Below are positions 48,186 to 60,643 of a DNA stretch of 64,000 nt, one piece after another. Made by a program: the position numbers and the translations under genes. The stretch is from Phaeosaccion multiseriatum (Eukaryota > Protista > Ochrophyta, other classes): contig OZ218956.1 in NCBI GenBank assembly GCA_965112735.1, positions 744,001-808,000 on the forward strand. Direction: 5' to 3'. Within the stretch, counting starts at the first letter, position 1; the number at the start of each line of letters is the position of its first letter. The notes beneath the pieces are model-generated. The model was not told the DNA's origin. It saw nothing but the letters and a program-made list of their open reading frames with translations, and did no database searches.

Positions 48186-48429
48186 GCTAGTTGTGGGGAA
48201 GTCAAAAAAAAAAAAAAAAAAATCAAACTGTCGCCATGCAGGTGTATGGGCTACGCCCCAGCCGTTACACTTAGCATTTACGCTGCTGTTGTGTTGCTAG
48301 TGTTGCTGCTGTGCTGTTGCTGCTGCACTTTCTCTGGGGGGCAGGCTTGTCTATTTCTCCCTTGTTTTTTTTACAAGACAAGGTACTTCACCTTTGGAGA
48401 GAGATACGTGGGCACAGGTGGCGGCCGTG

Positions 48430-48944
48430 ATGGCTCAGCCAACTGAGGTCGAGTATAGGAAGCTAACATCAAAGCCGCTTGTGAAGGTGTGTTATAGTGA
48501 GAACGGGGTGGGGGGTGGAGCGAATGGCCTCACTCACTGAGAGGGAGAAGGAAGGAAGGGGGGGCGTGCGAAGTGGCCTCACTCACGGGGTGTCTTGCCT
48601 CCTCGTTCCCACAGAGTTCCGACATGGCAGCGGACGCAGTGAATGAGGCCTTAGAAATCGTCACAATGTCGGTGGACAAGTTTAGCTCGGCAAAGAACTA
48701 TGAGGTGCGTACGATTAGCAGGAGGGGGGTTGTGGGGAGCTCTGGGGAAGACACTCACCTCTGCACGTTTGCGAAACTTCGGCAGGCAATGGCGGCTATG
48801 ATTAAAAACTCCATGGACAAGAAGTTTGGCAACTCATGGCACTGCGCTATTGGCGAAGGATTCGGCTTTGAGATTACGTATCAGCGGTATTGCATGATAT
48901 ACGTCTTCTACGGACATATCGGTGTGCTTTGTTTCAAGTGCTAA
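48430..48944 (+). CDS. DNAL4: Dynein light chain 4, axonemal (LC8 family)
   Basis: PLVK|SSDM, IKNSMDKKFGNSWHCAIGEGFGFEITY and C-terminal LCFKC; two introns. Confidence 0.85.
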
Positions 48945-49280
48945 CAGAGGGAGAAGGGATCGGCGATGGGCTTCCCCCGTGCCTCCGTTGAAGTGGCAGT
49001 AGCGGCAGCAGCTTCTCGAGAGCACGCTACCGGGTCCGCGAGTAGCATTACCTTGGGCGACAATCGCCAATCGTACCTGGCTGGCTACGTGGGCGTTGCG
49101 CACGGCGCGACTCGTGATTGGTAGGTACATTGTTAATATGAGATACTGAGGTTCCCACTACTGCTACACCCCCTCCCTCGGCTGCGAGCAGAGCGATGGT
49201 AGCAGAAGCGTTGAGAGGCGCCGGTACGTCAAGCCTCACTTCTTGAGGCAAATACTCCAAATGCACAACTGCGAGACACC

Positions 49281-50195
49281 TCACTGCCCATTGCCTTCTC
49301 CGAGAGTGTTGAGGTCAGCGTGCCATCTGCTAACATCGTCCCAGGCAGTCCTCACTTGCGCCTTGTGGGCGGCAGTGGAGGCCTGGAGCGCACCGTTTCT
49401 GTCTTCCACCGCCTGGCGCTCGTACACGAGGCGCCTGCGTTCGTGATCTTTGTGGGCCAGTGAGATGGCCCGAAGTTGGTGCTCAGGAGGCAAGGTCGTT
49501 GCTCGGACAGCATCCTGCGACCTGGTGGAGGGAGAGCTGCAGACGTTAGTTTGGGAGACCTTTCGTATGGAGAAGAGAAAGGCGACCAGCCCGCGGAGCT
49601 TGACTGCCCTCCGCTCCCCTCTTGGTGCAGCCATTCAGGCTAAACATTCCCCCCAAAAAGGAGCAGTCGGAACCAGAGAAGACGCTTCCACCTCCCGGGG
49701 ATTCAAGATGCAAATAGGACTCCTTCCTTTCCGCAAGGCCAGCCCTCCGAGCTGGTTCCTTACTACTCACCCCGCAGCCACAGGTGTTCCATCGTCCTTG
49801 AGCGATTGGCGGACGCGCTCAATCTCCAACAGCTTTGAGTTGAGACATTTCTCCGCGCAAACCCTGCTGAATTCCTCGCCCGCATGTTCCTTTATCACCT
49901 CAATCATTTGCGAGCCAAAATCTTCCAGTTCAGTCTCCTCCGGAGGGCAGCCAATGAAATCTGTGTAGTCGGAGAAAAACTCACGAATGTATTCTCCAGT
50001 AAAATTTTGCAGGGCTCTACTTAGCAATTGGTCGTGAGCCTGGCCGATGGGAGCGGGGCACGGAAGGTAGCAGCAGAGCGGATTGATAAAAAGGCGGAGG
50101 TGGCGTTCACCATGTTCAGAAATAGGGGAGAGCGAGACTCAGCCTACCTTCTTTATGTGACGCATCAGCTCTGCCGGTCGCTCATCGCTCTCCAT
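49281..50195 (-). CDS. Small coiled-coil protein, possibly kinetochore Nnf1/PMF1-like
   Basis: Three exons giving about 180 aa: EEFSRVCAEKCLNSKLLEIE, LPPEHQLRA and ERRRL......EDRNGAL. The pattern resembles Nnf1. Confidence 0.45.
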
Positions 50196-50604
50196 TTCGT
50201 GCCCGTCCCGTCCCCGCACTGGAATGGTCTCAAAAGGGGAGCGTTATTGAGAAAAGGGAAGGGGAGGGCCAGATTGAGGTAGACTTGATAAAGAACCTTT
50301 CTCTAGGAAAACCAGTAGCAGCCGCAGCAACAGGAAGCAGTAGCAGAGGATAGCCGGTTAACGAAAATTGTTGGGGGGTTTATTGTTGTTTGGGGGGAAG
50401 GATAATAAAGGGAAGAGAGATGCCAGAGGAAGAAGAAAAAAAAAGTGGTGGAAGCAAGCACGTTGGTGCTCCGCGTTATTTTCAAACCGCCAAACCTCCC
50501 CTCCCTTCCCTTCCCCTCTCGGATTCACCTCGGCCTCTGGGGAGGTTCAGAGGAGAACAGGGGGCGGGAAAGGGGGAAGGAGTGTGTGAGACCTGGGATT
50601 AAAC

Positions 50605-52002
50605 ATGTCGAACCTTTCTATTTCTGAAGTCTACCGGCAGAGCGGAGGACTGGTGCAGTGGAGTCCGGACTGCAGGCACCTGGCCTGCTCCCTCGGTGCC
50701 CGTCTTGTCGTACGGGATGCAAATACCTTTCAGGTGGCCGGAGACGGGCCGAAGGCTTGCCAGGACAAGATCGAGGCCATTGAGTGGGCGGCGGACTCTG
50801 ACTTGATCCTCTGCGCATCGTACAAGTCCTCCATCGTCGAAGTATTCTCTCTGTCCCAGCCGGATTGGCGCTGCCGTATTCGAGAAGGCGTGGCAGGGTT
50901 AGTGAAGGCAACTTTCGCGCCGGATGCCCGGCATCTGTTGACGTTCTCCGACTTTTCGCTGCACTTGAATGTCTGGTCCCTCATCACAAAGGAGGCGTTT
51001 TATGTGAAGCAGCCAAAAGCACCTCCCGGCTCAGTGTGTTTTAGTCCCAATGGAGACTACATGGCGATTGCAAGTCGGCTGGACTGCAAGGACCGGGTCG
51101 CTATTTATGATTGCTCGCAAGAGTGGGCTTGCATCAACGAGTTTCCGGTGGACACGCTGGATTTGACTGGTATAACCTGGTCACCCGATGGCGACTCCAT
51201 CTGCGTGCAAGATACGTCCCTGGAGTACGTTGCCCTGTTCTACGCCGTGGACGGCAGCCTTTTGTCCCGTTTTCAGCCTTACAACAACGCCTTGGGAATC
51301 AAGGCCTCTTCGTGGTCACCGGACGGCGCGTTTCTCGCCATTGGGAGCTACGATGAGAGCCTTCGGCTTCTGGCCTGTCTGGATTGGAAGTCCGTTGCTG
51401 AGCTGCGCCACGTCCATCCCAAGCAGCAGAATCGAAGCTGCTCTCCTCCGTCGATTTACTCCGAGTGTTTAGAAAAGCCACAGGATCCAGAGGAGGCAAT
51501 CGGGGCCTTGAGAGCGGGCGCAACCCTAAAGTGCTTTGGGGAGCGCGACCCAATGGCTTCTTCGTTGGAGGAGGACGTGTACTTTTCCTCTCATGACCTA
51601 CCGGCAGTCTTGCCCAACGAGCGGCCGGACATGCTCAAGTCTAGTCCACGCCTAGGTGTAGGGGTGATAGCCTGGAGCCACGATGGCCGCTACATCGCCT
51701 CGCGCAATGATAACATGGCTGGCACGCTGTGGATATGGGACGCCAGGGTCATGGGCTTGGCTGCAATTGTCCAATTCAGGGACAGCGTTCGGTCATTTAA
51801 ATGGTCCAGCACTAGCACCACGCTGGCAGTTTCCACGGGCAACTCGCGCATTTACTTTTGGAACCCTCGGGGCATGTCGTGGGCGGCCGTTGCAGCAGAC
51901 TTTCAAGTGCTCGGGCTTCGGTGGAGAGCGGACGGCGATGCGCTTTTACTGCTCAGCAAAGACAGAATGTGCCGAGTCTCATTCTCCGCCGGGAATGACT
52001 AA
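50605..52002 (+). CDS. WRAP73: WD-repeat protein WRAP73/WDR8 (centriolar)
   Basis: RLVVRDANTFQ, CQDKIEAIEWAADSDLILCA.YK, W.CRIREGVAGL, LGIK...WSP.G.FLAIGSYD and YIASRNDNM..TLWIWD. Confidence 0.9.
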   Translation: MSNLSISEVYRQSGGLVQWSPDCRHLACSLGARLVVRDANTFQVAGDGPKACQDKIEAIEWAADSDLILCASYKSSIVEVFSLSQPDWRCRIREGVAGLVKATFAPDARHLLTFSDFSLHLNVWSLITKEAFYVKQPKAPPGSVCFSPNGDYMAIASRLDCKDRVAIYDCSQEWACINEFPVDTLDLTGITWSPDGDSICVQDTSLEYVALFYAVDGSLLSRFQPYNNALGIKASSWSPDGAFLAIGSYDESLRLLACLDWKSVAELRHVHPKQQNRSCSPPSIYSECLEKPQDPEEAIGALRAGATLKCFGERDPMASSLEEDVYFSSHDLPAVLPNERPDMLKSSPRLGVGVIAWSHDGRYIASRNDNMAGTLWIWDARVMGLAAIVQFRDSVRSFKWSSTSTTLAVSTGNSRIYFWNPRGMSWAAVAADFQVLGLRWRADGDALLLLSKDRMCRVSFSAGND

Positions 52003-52743
52003 AGTGGCAATTTCTTCCTCCTGTGAATATTTTAGGCATGTACTTAACTGATCTTTTCTTCGAGAGGACTCTCTGCTTAGCCCTGAGCTTGCGCGAGAGC
52101 GAGAGATTTTCTCCCTGTCCCTGTGGGGCCAAAGGTGTGTGAGTCGAGTGACTGCTGTTGAGTGAGTGAGTGAGTGGGCGACAGAAAACTGAAAGGGTTA
52201 AGTGAGTGAATGAGTGAGTGAGTGATCAAGAGGGTGGCGGGGGGGGAGCGATGTAGGCAATAGGCTGGTCTGGCGCCGAAGGACGGACGTCTGCGCAGCA
52301 ATGCGGCCCGAACAAGATTTTGACCCCATGCCTCCTCCAACGCCATTTCAAAAATGCTCACCTGTTTAGAATGAACTCTCTCCCTCAATCGCCACAGAAA
52401 AACTGAAAATGAAACCTCCATCGTGACCACGTGTGGATAGACCTCCATAAAGCAGTGTTGCGAAATCAGGAAAAAAGAAGAGATCATTGTGCTACGACAT
52501 GTGTCCAGCGATGCTGATAGTGTGATGTGATTCGATCATGTTTTCGTATCGATTCGTAGCGTATGTAGTGAGTGAAGATGGGATGCTTGGCTAGTCCCCA
52601 GACATGATGTTATCCATGATCTGCATTCCTGCGTAGTTTTTTCATTACCCGCGCCCTCGCCCAGTGGTATGATGTGATCCGACCATACTATTCACTGTTA
52701 ACACAACTCTGGTGGTGTTTTTGGGCCCCAGACCACCCACGTG

Positions 52744-55203
52744 TCAGGGGGTTCGGGCGGCCAAAACCCTCTCTTGAATATTCCAGAAACAGGATGGGTT
52801 TGGCGGGCGCACCTCTCTAGTGTGCTGTATGCGCCTCTCGGCTGCCCAATCAAAGTCGGAAGCCATCCTTCTGAAGCGCTTGTGGACCCCCCTAGCCTCT
52901 GCCTCACACTTCTTACGAAGGGTTGCGTCCTTCTCCTCCCTCGTCAGCTCCGGATCAACAATGTCGTCAGCGTCCGTCCCCATCACCGGACAGGTCCTGC
53001 CCTTGGTGCTTCGTCCGTTTCTTCGGCGGTGGTCCAGCGGCGGTAGATCCACCCGCTGAGTGCTCCACCGAGGCCTTTTGAGCCTTTGCCGCCGCTTTTG
53101 CTTCTGCCTTCTCCTCCAAGAACTTCTCGGTCATGATGGCGTACTCGGCGTAGCCTGTGAGGAAGTCCTCAACACCGATCTTTCGCTGCTCAGCCATCAT
53201 CAACGGTGACTGCATTAGACGAAGGTCAAGCAGGGCAGCAACACGATCATTTGCAGACATGCAGACAACAGCTTTCTGCAGCACGCTCTCTTCCCTCCCC
53301 AGTGCTTCTTGAAGGGGCGCACCGTCAGGCATCCGGTCAGGGAGGGCCCCCGCCGCGCCTTCTCCAAAGTGCCGCACTGCCTCCCGCAGCGCTCTAGCCC
53401 GGCAGATTCTGCCTATACGCTCACTGAAGTCCTCCACGTCCACAAAAGACCGTACAGGCCTTTTCTCTCCCACTGCCTCCAGGTCGATACACTGCATGCG
53501 GTCAGCGCGCAAGGCGCGGAACAGCTCGGTCTTCACAAGAGGGGTGAATGCTTCGGTGTAAGCCTTCTCGTTCTGCGCAATAACTGTGAGCTTCCGCGTC
53601 ACGTCAAAAGACTGCCTCCATCTCCTTCAACTGCCCCCATTGCTCGTCCATCACTCTAGCCAACGCTGGGACTCTCTTCTCTATCATGTAGACTCTATGG
53701 GCTTTCCACTGCCACAGGCGCGAGCACAGTAGAGAGTGGACCGATGCGATGCGAGTTGTGTTGATGCTCAGCTCTGGCTTGATCTTTGCATTGACGCCGA
53801 CCCTCCTGCAAATATCCCACAGTTCCTCCACACGGACCTTGTGAGAAAACAGCTTAGCCACTGCCCGGGCTCGCTTAAGAAGTGCCTGCCCCTCCGGGAA
53901 CGGATTGATCGGAACCTTCTTCCTTGAGTGGCACCACATGTCCCACGGCAGACGAGCCCACCTGCGCAATGACATGAGAGAGAGGGAGACGGAGGGAGTG
54001 AGGCGGGTAGGCTTGATAATAGGAGAAAAGAGACAGCGAGCAGCTAGACAACGACGCAAAGCAGTTCATGGTCTATCTGCCTGCTTCACTCCCGCTCCCC
54101 CCACCCCTCCCTACACCCTTGACGCCGACGCCCGAGCTCACCTTGTCAAAAAGCATGCATCAAGCACGTGTGCTCTTCCTGCCCCAGCTCGGCGGCCACA
54201 CCAAGTGCCGCCCCACCTTCCATAGCACCGATCAACACATCCTCCAGCTTGACACCGCCTCGCTCCTCCATCATCTCCCTGAAAAGGTTTGCCACATTGA
54301 TATCGGTACAGTGGGCAGGCGAGGTTGGGAGTCCTACACAGATGAGCGATTCCTCGAATAGTCGGGAGGAATGAGCTGGAGGCCCAAAGCTTCGTACTTT
54401 TGGCCTGAAGCAAGCGTTCCACCGTCGTGCAGGGCCTGGGCAATTAGGTTACCACTGTGACTCTGCCGCGTAGCAGAGAGCTTCTCCTTGAGGAAGAAGA
54501 GGAAGAAGCTAAACTCTGCCTCCACACACTTTTGGAGATTCTGCCGATTGAGGCACAGTGCGCCGCTTCACCGTACCTCCGTGGGTCCGCACCATCCAGT
54601 ATTGCTCTAACTTTCTTTCCTTCCTCCCTCCTTCTTCTTGGAGATGCACTGCTGCGAGTAGACGTACCACTGAGCCTGCGTCACAAACGCATGATGCTTG
54701 GCTGTGAAGCCTGTTGTGTTGCAGAAGCTGACTAGTCGTCACAAACGCATGATGCTTGGCTGTGAAGCCTGCTGTGTTGCAGAAGCTGACTACCAAAGAT
54801 CTTCGCATGTCCATCTGGTGCCCCTCCCCCGCCTTCGCGACAGTGGCAATGGCAATCTGCGTCTCCGGGTGCTTCTGAGTTAAGTGAGCGATGGCTGTCT
54901 TCGTCTGAAAAGAGGCACCAGTCGGTGTCGGTGTCAAACGAAGCGCCGTGTTGCATTCCCCAATCACCGCGCCGTCTGTATCTTTGACCTTGACGCGGCA
55001 AAGAAGTTCCCCTTCTTGCCTGGAGGCCCTGTCGCCAGAGGATGATGGGCCTGCATCAAATAGCAATGGCCCCAGAACGTGAACGCTTTCGCCTCGCCAG
55101 AAAGGGGCAAACCGCCGACTCTACTCCAGGGCATAGGGTTTGTGATGAGCCTTTTTGGGGGGCCGGCCCGCGGCCGCGCGCCCTGCTTTGTTTTCGCTGA
55201 CAT
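52744..55203 (-). mobile_element. Disrupted hAT-superfamily transposase with N-terminal BED zinc finger
   Basis: BED-like FWGH...C..(EC)...TAIAHLTQKHP; ALHDGGTL (first Asp); CLMH (CxxH); TTRIAS (TRW-like); WGQLKEMEAV...T.IAQ.E; AALLDLR. Frameshifts, stop codons and a 58-bp tandem duplication; no hATC C-terminus seen. Confidence 0.7.
54679..54794. repeat. 58-bp tandem duplication inside the transposase
   Basis: CGTCACAAACGCATGATGCTTGGCTGTGAAGCCTGYTGTGTTGCAGAAGCTGACTA occurs twice. Confidence 0.95.
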
Positions 55204-55238
55204 ACGAAATGTGTTTATTTTCCCCATTACATTGTAAC

Positions 55239-56052
55239 ATGGCGCTCTTGTTTCATCATGAGGTACCTCAAAGAGTTTATTGGGATCGGAAGACGTTCAG
55301 CTCTGTAGAAGATCACCTCTCTGCCTTGTCCACCTCCACCACGCTCTACGTGGGAAACTTGTCGTTCTACACGACGGAGATTCAGGTGAGTGGGAGGTAA
55401 AATGGAGAGAGAGGGCTGCTTCCCTCACGGTGCACCCCCCTCCTTTCTTCTGCCTTCTCTCAGATCCACGCGTTCTTTTCACAAGTAGGACCTGTGAGGA
55501 GAGTGATCATGGGCCTGGACAGGGTCAAGCGAACTCCGTGCGGGTTCTGCTTCGTCGAGTAAGTGGGGAAGAGAAGCACGCAAACAGCACTGCTGCTTTC
55601 CCCTCTGATTTGGCGAGTGTCCTCTGTTTTCGTAGGTACTTTGATATCGCAGATACTCATGCAGGGGTGAGCTACTTGTCCGGCACCAGTCTTGATGAGA
55701 GGATCATCCGTGCAGAGCTGGACCCCGGCTTTCGGCAAGGACGGCAATTTGGAAGAGGTGCAGCAGGAGGGCAGGTAAGACCTGTGTCGTGTCCGGGCAG
55801 GGAGGGACTTTCTCTCTCTCTACATATACGTCCCCTTTCAATCTTGTCTCGTTCCCGCTTGACCATGCGTGTCTCTGGCATGCAAAGGTGCGGGACGGGC
55901 GCTTGAAGCAGGACCCAGGAAGGCCCCAACAGCAGCTGCCAGTCCGGGTGGAGAAGAGAGACCGCCCAGATGCGAGAGATGACGGGAACGATGCGTCAAA
56001 GAAGGCGAAGCGAAAAGAAGGCGCAGATACCCCAGAAGAGATGCAGGCATGA
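55239..56052 (+). CDS. NCBP2: Nuclear cap-binding protein subunit 2 (CBP20)
   Basis: [17 protein letters not shown]|I...[17 protein letters not shown]|Y, LDERIIR.ELD.GF..GRQFGRG..GGQV; three introns. Confidence 0.95.
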
Positions 56053-56694
56053 CTTATTTTAGGATAATTGGGGGTTGACGGCGTATAGCTGGAGACGCGA
56101 GGAGTCGATGCGCAGCACACGCTAGTTGAGCGCGTTGTTGGCCTCCCTGGCTCAGTAGGCGACACCACATGGCCGCCCAAGCCAAAGCGGGGGCGAGATG
56201 CGAGGCGACTGCTCCTCAGAGCGCCAGCAGCAGTTGCAGAGCAGCAGGGGGAAGCTCTCGCCAAGACGATCATACTTCCGAACCACCATCAGCAGCACTA
56301 GCAGCAGCAGCAGCAGCAGCAGCAGGGTGCTCACGGGGTGTAAGTAGAAGCTTGGCGCCGGGGCGGCACAGTGTCCGGCGACCACTTGGAATCTGGAGGC
56401 AGGGAGCGCACCTCCAAGCAATCCCGTTGTGTGCCGTCCATCGCCCGGACTCAGCAGGAGCCTTTCTTCGGGGTCTGAGAGCTTTTCCAGCACACGAAGA
56501 TGCGCTTGCTCTCAGAAACTGCATCGCGCCCAGCCGCACCAGCTCGCGGACGGTTCGTGGACGCCTTTCACCCATGCCATCGTTTGGGGGCCGGGGGCAG
56601 GGAGGGGTCGGTCAAAGTGAGGGCCTAGCTCCACTCACGGGCTCTCTCATTCTGGCTCGAATCGCCAGACCTTCCCTTGTTGCTCCTCTCAGCC

Positions 56695-57518
56695 CTACTC
56701 CAAGACAAATATTCGAGAAGCAATGTCATTGACCATCCAGTCCATACCCTCAACTAAGCCACTTCCCGTAACAGCGCTGCACGCCCGTATTGACCAATGC
56801 TTCTTTTCTAAAACTGATCCGGAGAGGTCCAATGCATCTGCAACTTGAGACACCGAGAGCGCCCCATCCATGTCCTGGGGGGAGTAAAGGCGGTTGGTAA
56901 GGCCTTGCAGAAGCGGAGGGTCATTCACTGTCAATGCTTTGCATTGCTTGCTTACTTGCTTGTTCGCCAGAATGAGCAGCGATGCGCCTTCGAGCTTCTC
57001 TTGGTGCAGAAGAGCGAAGAGCTCGTCCTTGCACAACTTGAGAAGGTCGGGGTGGGGGAGAGACGTAAACACAGCGACACCTTACAGTGTACGGACAAGG
57101 AATTATCGAGGTCGTACCTGGAGCCGATCTCGGTCTGCGCTATCCACTACGAAGACTAACCCATCCGTCTTTTCAAAGTAATTCCTCCAATAGCTACGAA
57201 TTGTCTGCTGCCCTCCCACATCCCACACGCTGAGACTAAAGCCTCGGTGCTCCAGAGTCTGGATGTTGAAGCCGAGGGTTGGACTTATGGTTGAAATGTC
57301 CTCCCCATTGAACTTCTTTACAATGGTGGTCTTCCCCGCATTGTCCAGGCCACTTGAAAGAACAAGAGACAGAGAGGGAGGGGAGAGGGGGTGAGAGAGT
57401 TTAGGGAGGGGAGACAAAGAGAAAAATAGTCGGAGGGATGGGGACATACTCACAGAATCAAGAGACGAAGCTCTCTCTCCTTCCGCTTAACCTTCTTCAG
57501 GATGCTGAGCAAGCCCAT
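56695..57518 (-). CDS. ARL2: ADP-ribosylation factor-like protein 2
   Basis: [22 protein letters not shown]|[55 protein letters not shown] and DIASRIF. Confidence 0.95.
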
Positions 57519-57598
57519 TTTTTCGCCCCTTTCGTACCCAGGGTTCTAATTCCTATGTCAACAAACCGTTACCCGGTCTCTTCACATCTTGAAGCACG

Positions 57599-59263
57599 AT
57601 GGAGTACAAGGACGATGACAGCATTCCTATCTCTCCACATGGGCAGCTTCTCGGGGGGGATCACTCTCCAACCGCCGGGGACACCAAGGCCTTTTTTGAG
57701 CGCAAGTCCACTGCTAGGGAGAGCATAGTTGGGGATGGGTCCTGGCTGTCGCCCTCGCTCACGATATCCGAAAACAGCTCGGAGGTGTTCTGCACCAAGT
57801 TCTCGCCGGACGGCAAGTAAGTGTGGTCGTGCCCGGACCTGATCTCTCCTCTCTCTTTCGATGCTGCTGTGCTAATGGAAATTAACGCTCTGGAACTCCA
57901 AAAGATTTCTAGCAGCGGGTTGTGGAGATGGAGCTATACGCGTCTTCAACACGTCGACGGGAAGACTGGCGTACAATCTGCAGGCGGGCTCGGCAATGGC
58001 TCTTCCGTGCACGGCTCTTCGCTTCCGGCCGACCACTGCGCAGGCGAAAACCAAGTACGAGAGGCAGTACTGGGCACTCGCTCTTCCACAGAGGCCTGGC
58101 TTACGGAGCGCGCCTGTCCCCCCTTACGGCTGTACAATCTCAGGAATGTTCTCGTTGCTGTGAACGCCGCTGGGACAATCCAGCACTGGCACATGACTTC
58201 CAGCAAGTGCCTAAACACGATCAGGCACGAGAATCAGTTTTACGCTTTGGACTACCGTGAAGACGGACAGGTGAGTACAGTGTGTGTTTGTGTCCTACTT
58301 GTGCCAAAGTAGAGCTGTGTGTGACAATGGACGTACTCTCTCCCCGAAAAAATACTGAAACCAAGGTGTTCGGAGTGGCGGGGAAGGACCACGTCGTGCG
58401 TATCTTTGACGAGAGCACAAAGCAAGAGACTCTACAACTTGCTGGAGGGACTGGGTACGGCTCGAGCTCCGCCCCGGGGCACTCCAATCGAGTCTTTTCT
58501 ATCAAGTTCCATCCAGAGGAGAGAGAGGTGATGTTGAAGACGGGAGGTGGGGATCCCGCGGTCATGGGGTTTATTTGTCTCACTCTTTCCCTCCTTTTCC
58601 GCTGCACAAGATGGTCCTGTCTGGAGGGTGGGACAACACAATTCAGGTAAGAGGCTTGGGCTGCGGTTGACATTGCAGTGTTATCGTCGATACGCTAAAT
58701 CAACTTCCTCTTTGCGACATCTCCAGATTTGGGACATGCGAGCGGGGCACTCCGTTCGAAGTATCTATGGCCCGCACATTAGTGGGGATTCTCTGGACAT
58801 TTGTGGAAACGAAATCCTGGCAGGCTCATGGTAAGTGTAGCCCATATAGCTCTCCATCTAGCTTTCGCGCGCGCAATTTCTAACGTTGCCTCCAAAACAT
58901 GTCCCCAGGCGACCCGAAAATGCCCTGGAGCTGTGGGACTATGGCTCCGGCGAGCTGATCCGCAGCGTGCAGTGGTCCAAGTCCCGCTCATCGCAGCCAA
59001 CTCTGCTCTACGCCGCGCAATTCAGTAAAGCTTGCGATGGAGGGCGCTATATTGTGGCGGGTGGCAGTGGGGCCAATGAGGCCAAGGTCTTTGACCACTC
59101 AAATGGAGACAACCTGGTCGGGACCATTACTGGTCTTTCTAGAGGCATTTTCACGGTGGATGTTTCTCCCGACCAAGAGGTGAAAAAGTTGGCGGTGGCT
59201 GGAGGAGACGCCTCCATTCGCATCATCGATATAATGGAGACAGGAGACGAGGACTACAAATAG
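57599..59263 (+). CDS. WD40-repeat protein
   Basis: Multiple WD repeats (VFCTKFSPDG, GHSNRVFSIKFHP, SGGWDNTIQ|IWDMR, LELWDY) across about 8 exons. Confidence 0.8.
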
Positions 59264-59292
59264 CCCCCCGCCCCACCCTCCCCCTCTCCCTC

Positions 59293-60443
59293 TCATCCTC
59301 CTGTGTACAATCCATTGAATAAGAAGCTGAATTCGTCCTGTCGCTGTGGAGGCACACCTGCGACCCCAAAGAGTGCCCAAAACAATCCTCGCGCTACCAC
59401 CTTCGCACAAACGCCCGCGCACATTGCCGCGAGAGCCAGCCTACGATTCGTCTTGAAGCGCGGCGGATGCTGCTGCAAAAATCCTTCTCTCCTTCTCCGG
59501 CTCGAGTGCTGGGGAGCGAAACTGCCCTCCCCGTTGGGGGCGACAAAGACGGCTAGTACGACCGACAGAGCGAGGTGCTGGCTCGTGAGAACGAGGAGGC
59601 TAATGGTGTTGAGGATGACGATTTGTTCGTCCCATATCATCACGAACAAGGCCAAGAACTTGACGAAGCTCGGAAAGAGGACAGCCCTGTGCACCGTAGA
59701 CAAAAAATCTTCCTGTCCAGCGCCCACCGCAGCCTTGGTAATGGCCTTCAGCAGCGATGCCCCCCCGGCAGAGGCGCTGTCCGTGCTGCCACTTGCACCA
59801 GCCGTGCCACCATCGGGATGCCTCAGCTTGGCTTGGCGATACACAACAACTACCCCAAACACTCCAAGAAGGAACATGGCATGTTCCCAACAGCACATGA
59901 CAAGAATAGACCCCAAGTATGACAGCGAAGCCGCTGATACATGGCCGGCTCCAGTCTGAAAAGAGCTCGTGACCGAATACGTGGCTGCTCCACTGTGATC
60001 CTCGCAAACCTCGAGCAGCTGCTTGTCAGAGCAAGGAACAAAACCCACAGCAGTTAGATCTCTCTATCCTGCCGTTCTGCCAAAGCACAAGCGCTCACTA
60101 ATCGAGCCCACAGGTCGCTCACCGGAGTCTGGGTCAAGCCCAGATGGATGAGGCCTGCGTCCAGGACCAGCAGGCAGATGGTCACTTGCCACAGTTTCCA
60201 CGAAGCGGAAGCAGCAATCGCTTTCCCAGACTGGCCCAGGTGGCTATCCCTGTTAAACAGTAGGTGGCGGTAAGCCTGTGCGCGATGCAGGGCCAAGTCA
60301 ATGGCCAGCAACACGCGCTCGTACTCTACATACTTGTCAGCCACACTGCCGCAACTCTGGCATCTCTCCAGGCGGATACTTAACGCGGAGTACTGCTTGT
60401 ACAGCTGCCGCACCCTACTCCCGCAAACCACGCAGGCGAACAT
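59293..60443 (-). CDS. ARV1: ARV1-family sterol/lipid homeostasis protein
   Basis: CVVCG....LYKQYS...IRL.RC..C..VADKYVEYE.VLLAIDL.LH...AYRHLLFN, then TM segments and FVMIWD. Confidence 0.9.
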
Positions 60444-60643
60444 TCGCTGTAAAGCTTTTTACCCCATGTAAAGAGCCAAGAGCCCTCACGAAGCAAGCGA
60501 ACATTCGCGCTCTTAACTCTTTACAATACTTCATTTCGAGGTGAGCGCGTTTGGGTAGAACGCCCTCCCAAACACCCCCAGGAAATGAAACGGTATCTGT
60601 GAAAATAAAGAAAAAAGAAAAGACATAACATAATAATAGCATT

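Noticed and set aside
56069-56140. Possible tRNA-like sequence
   Set aside because: No acceptor stem or T-loop (GTTCRA) consensus could be built.
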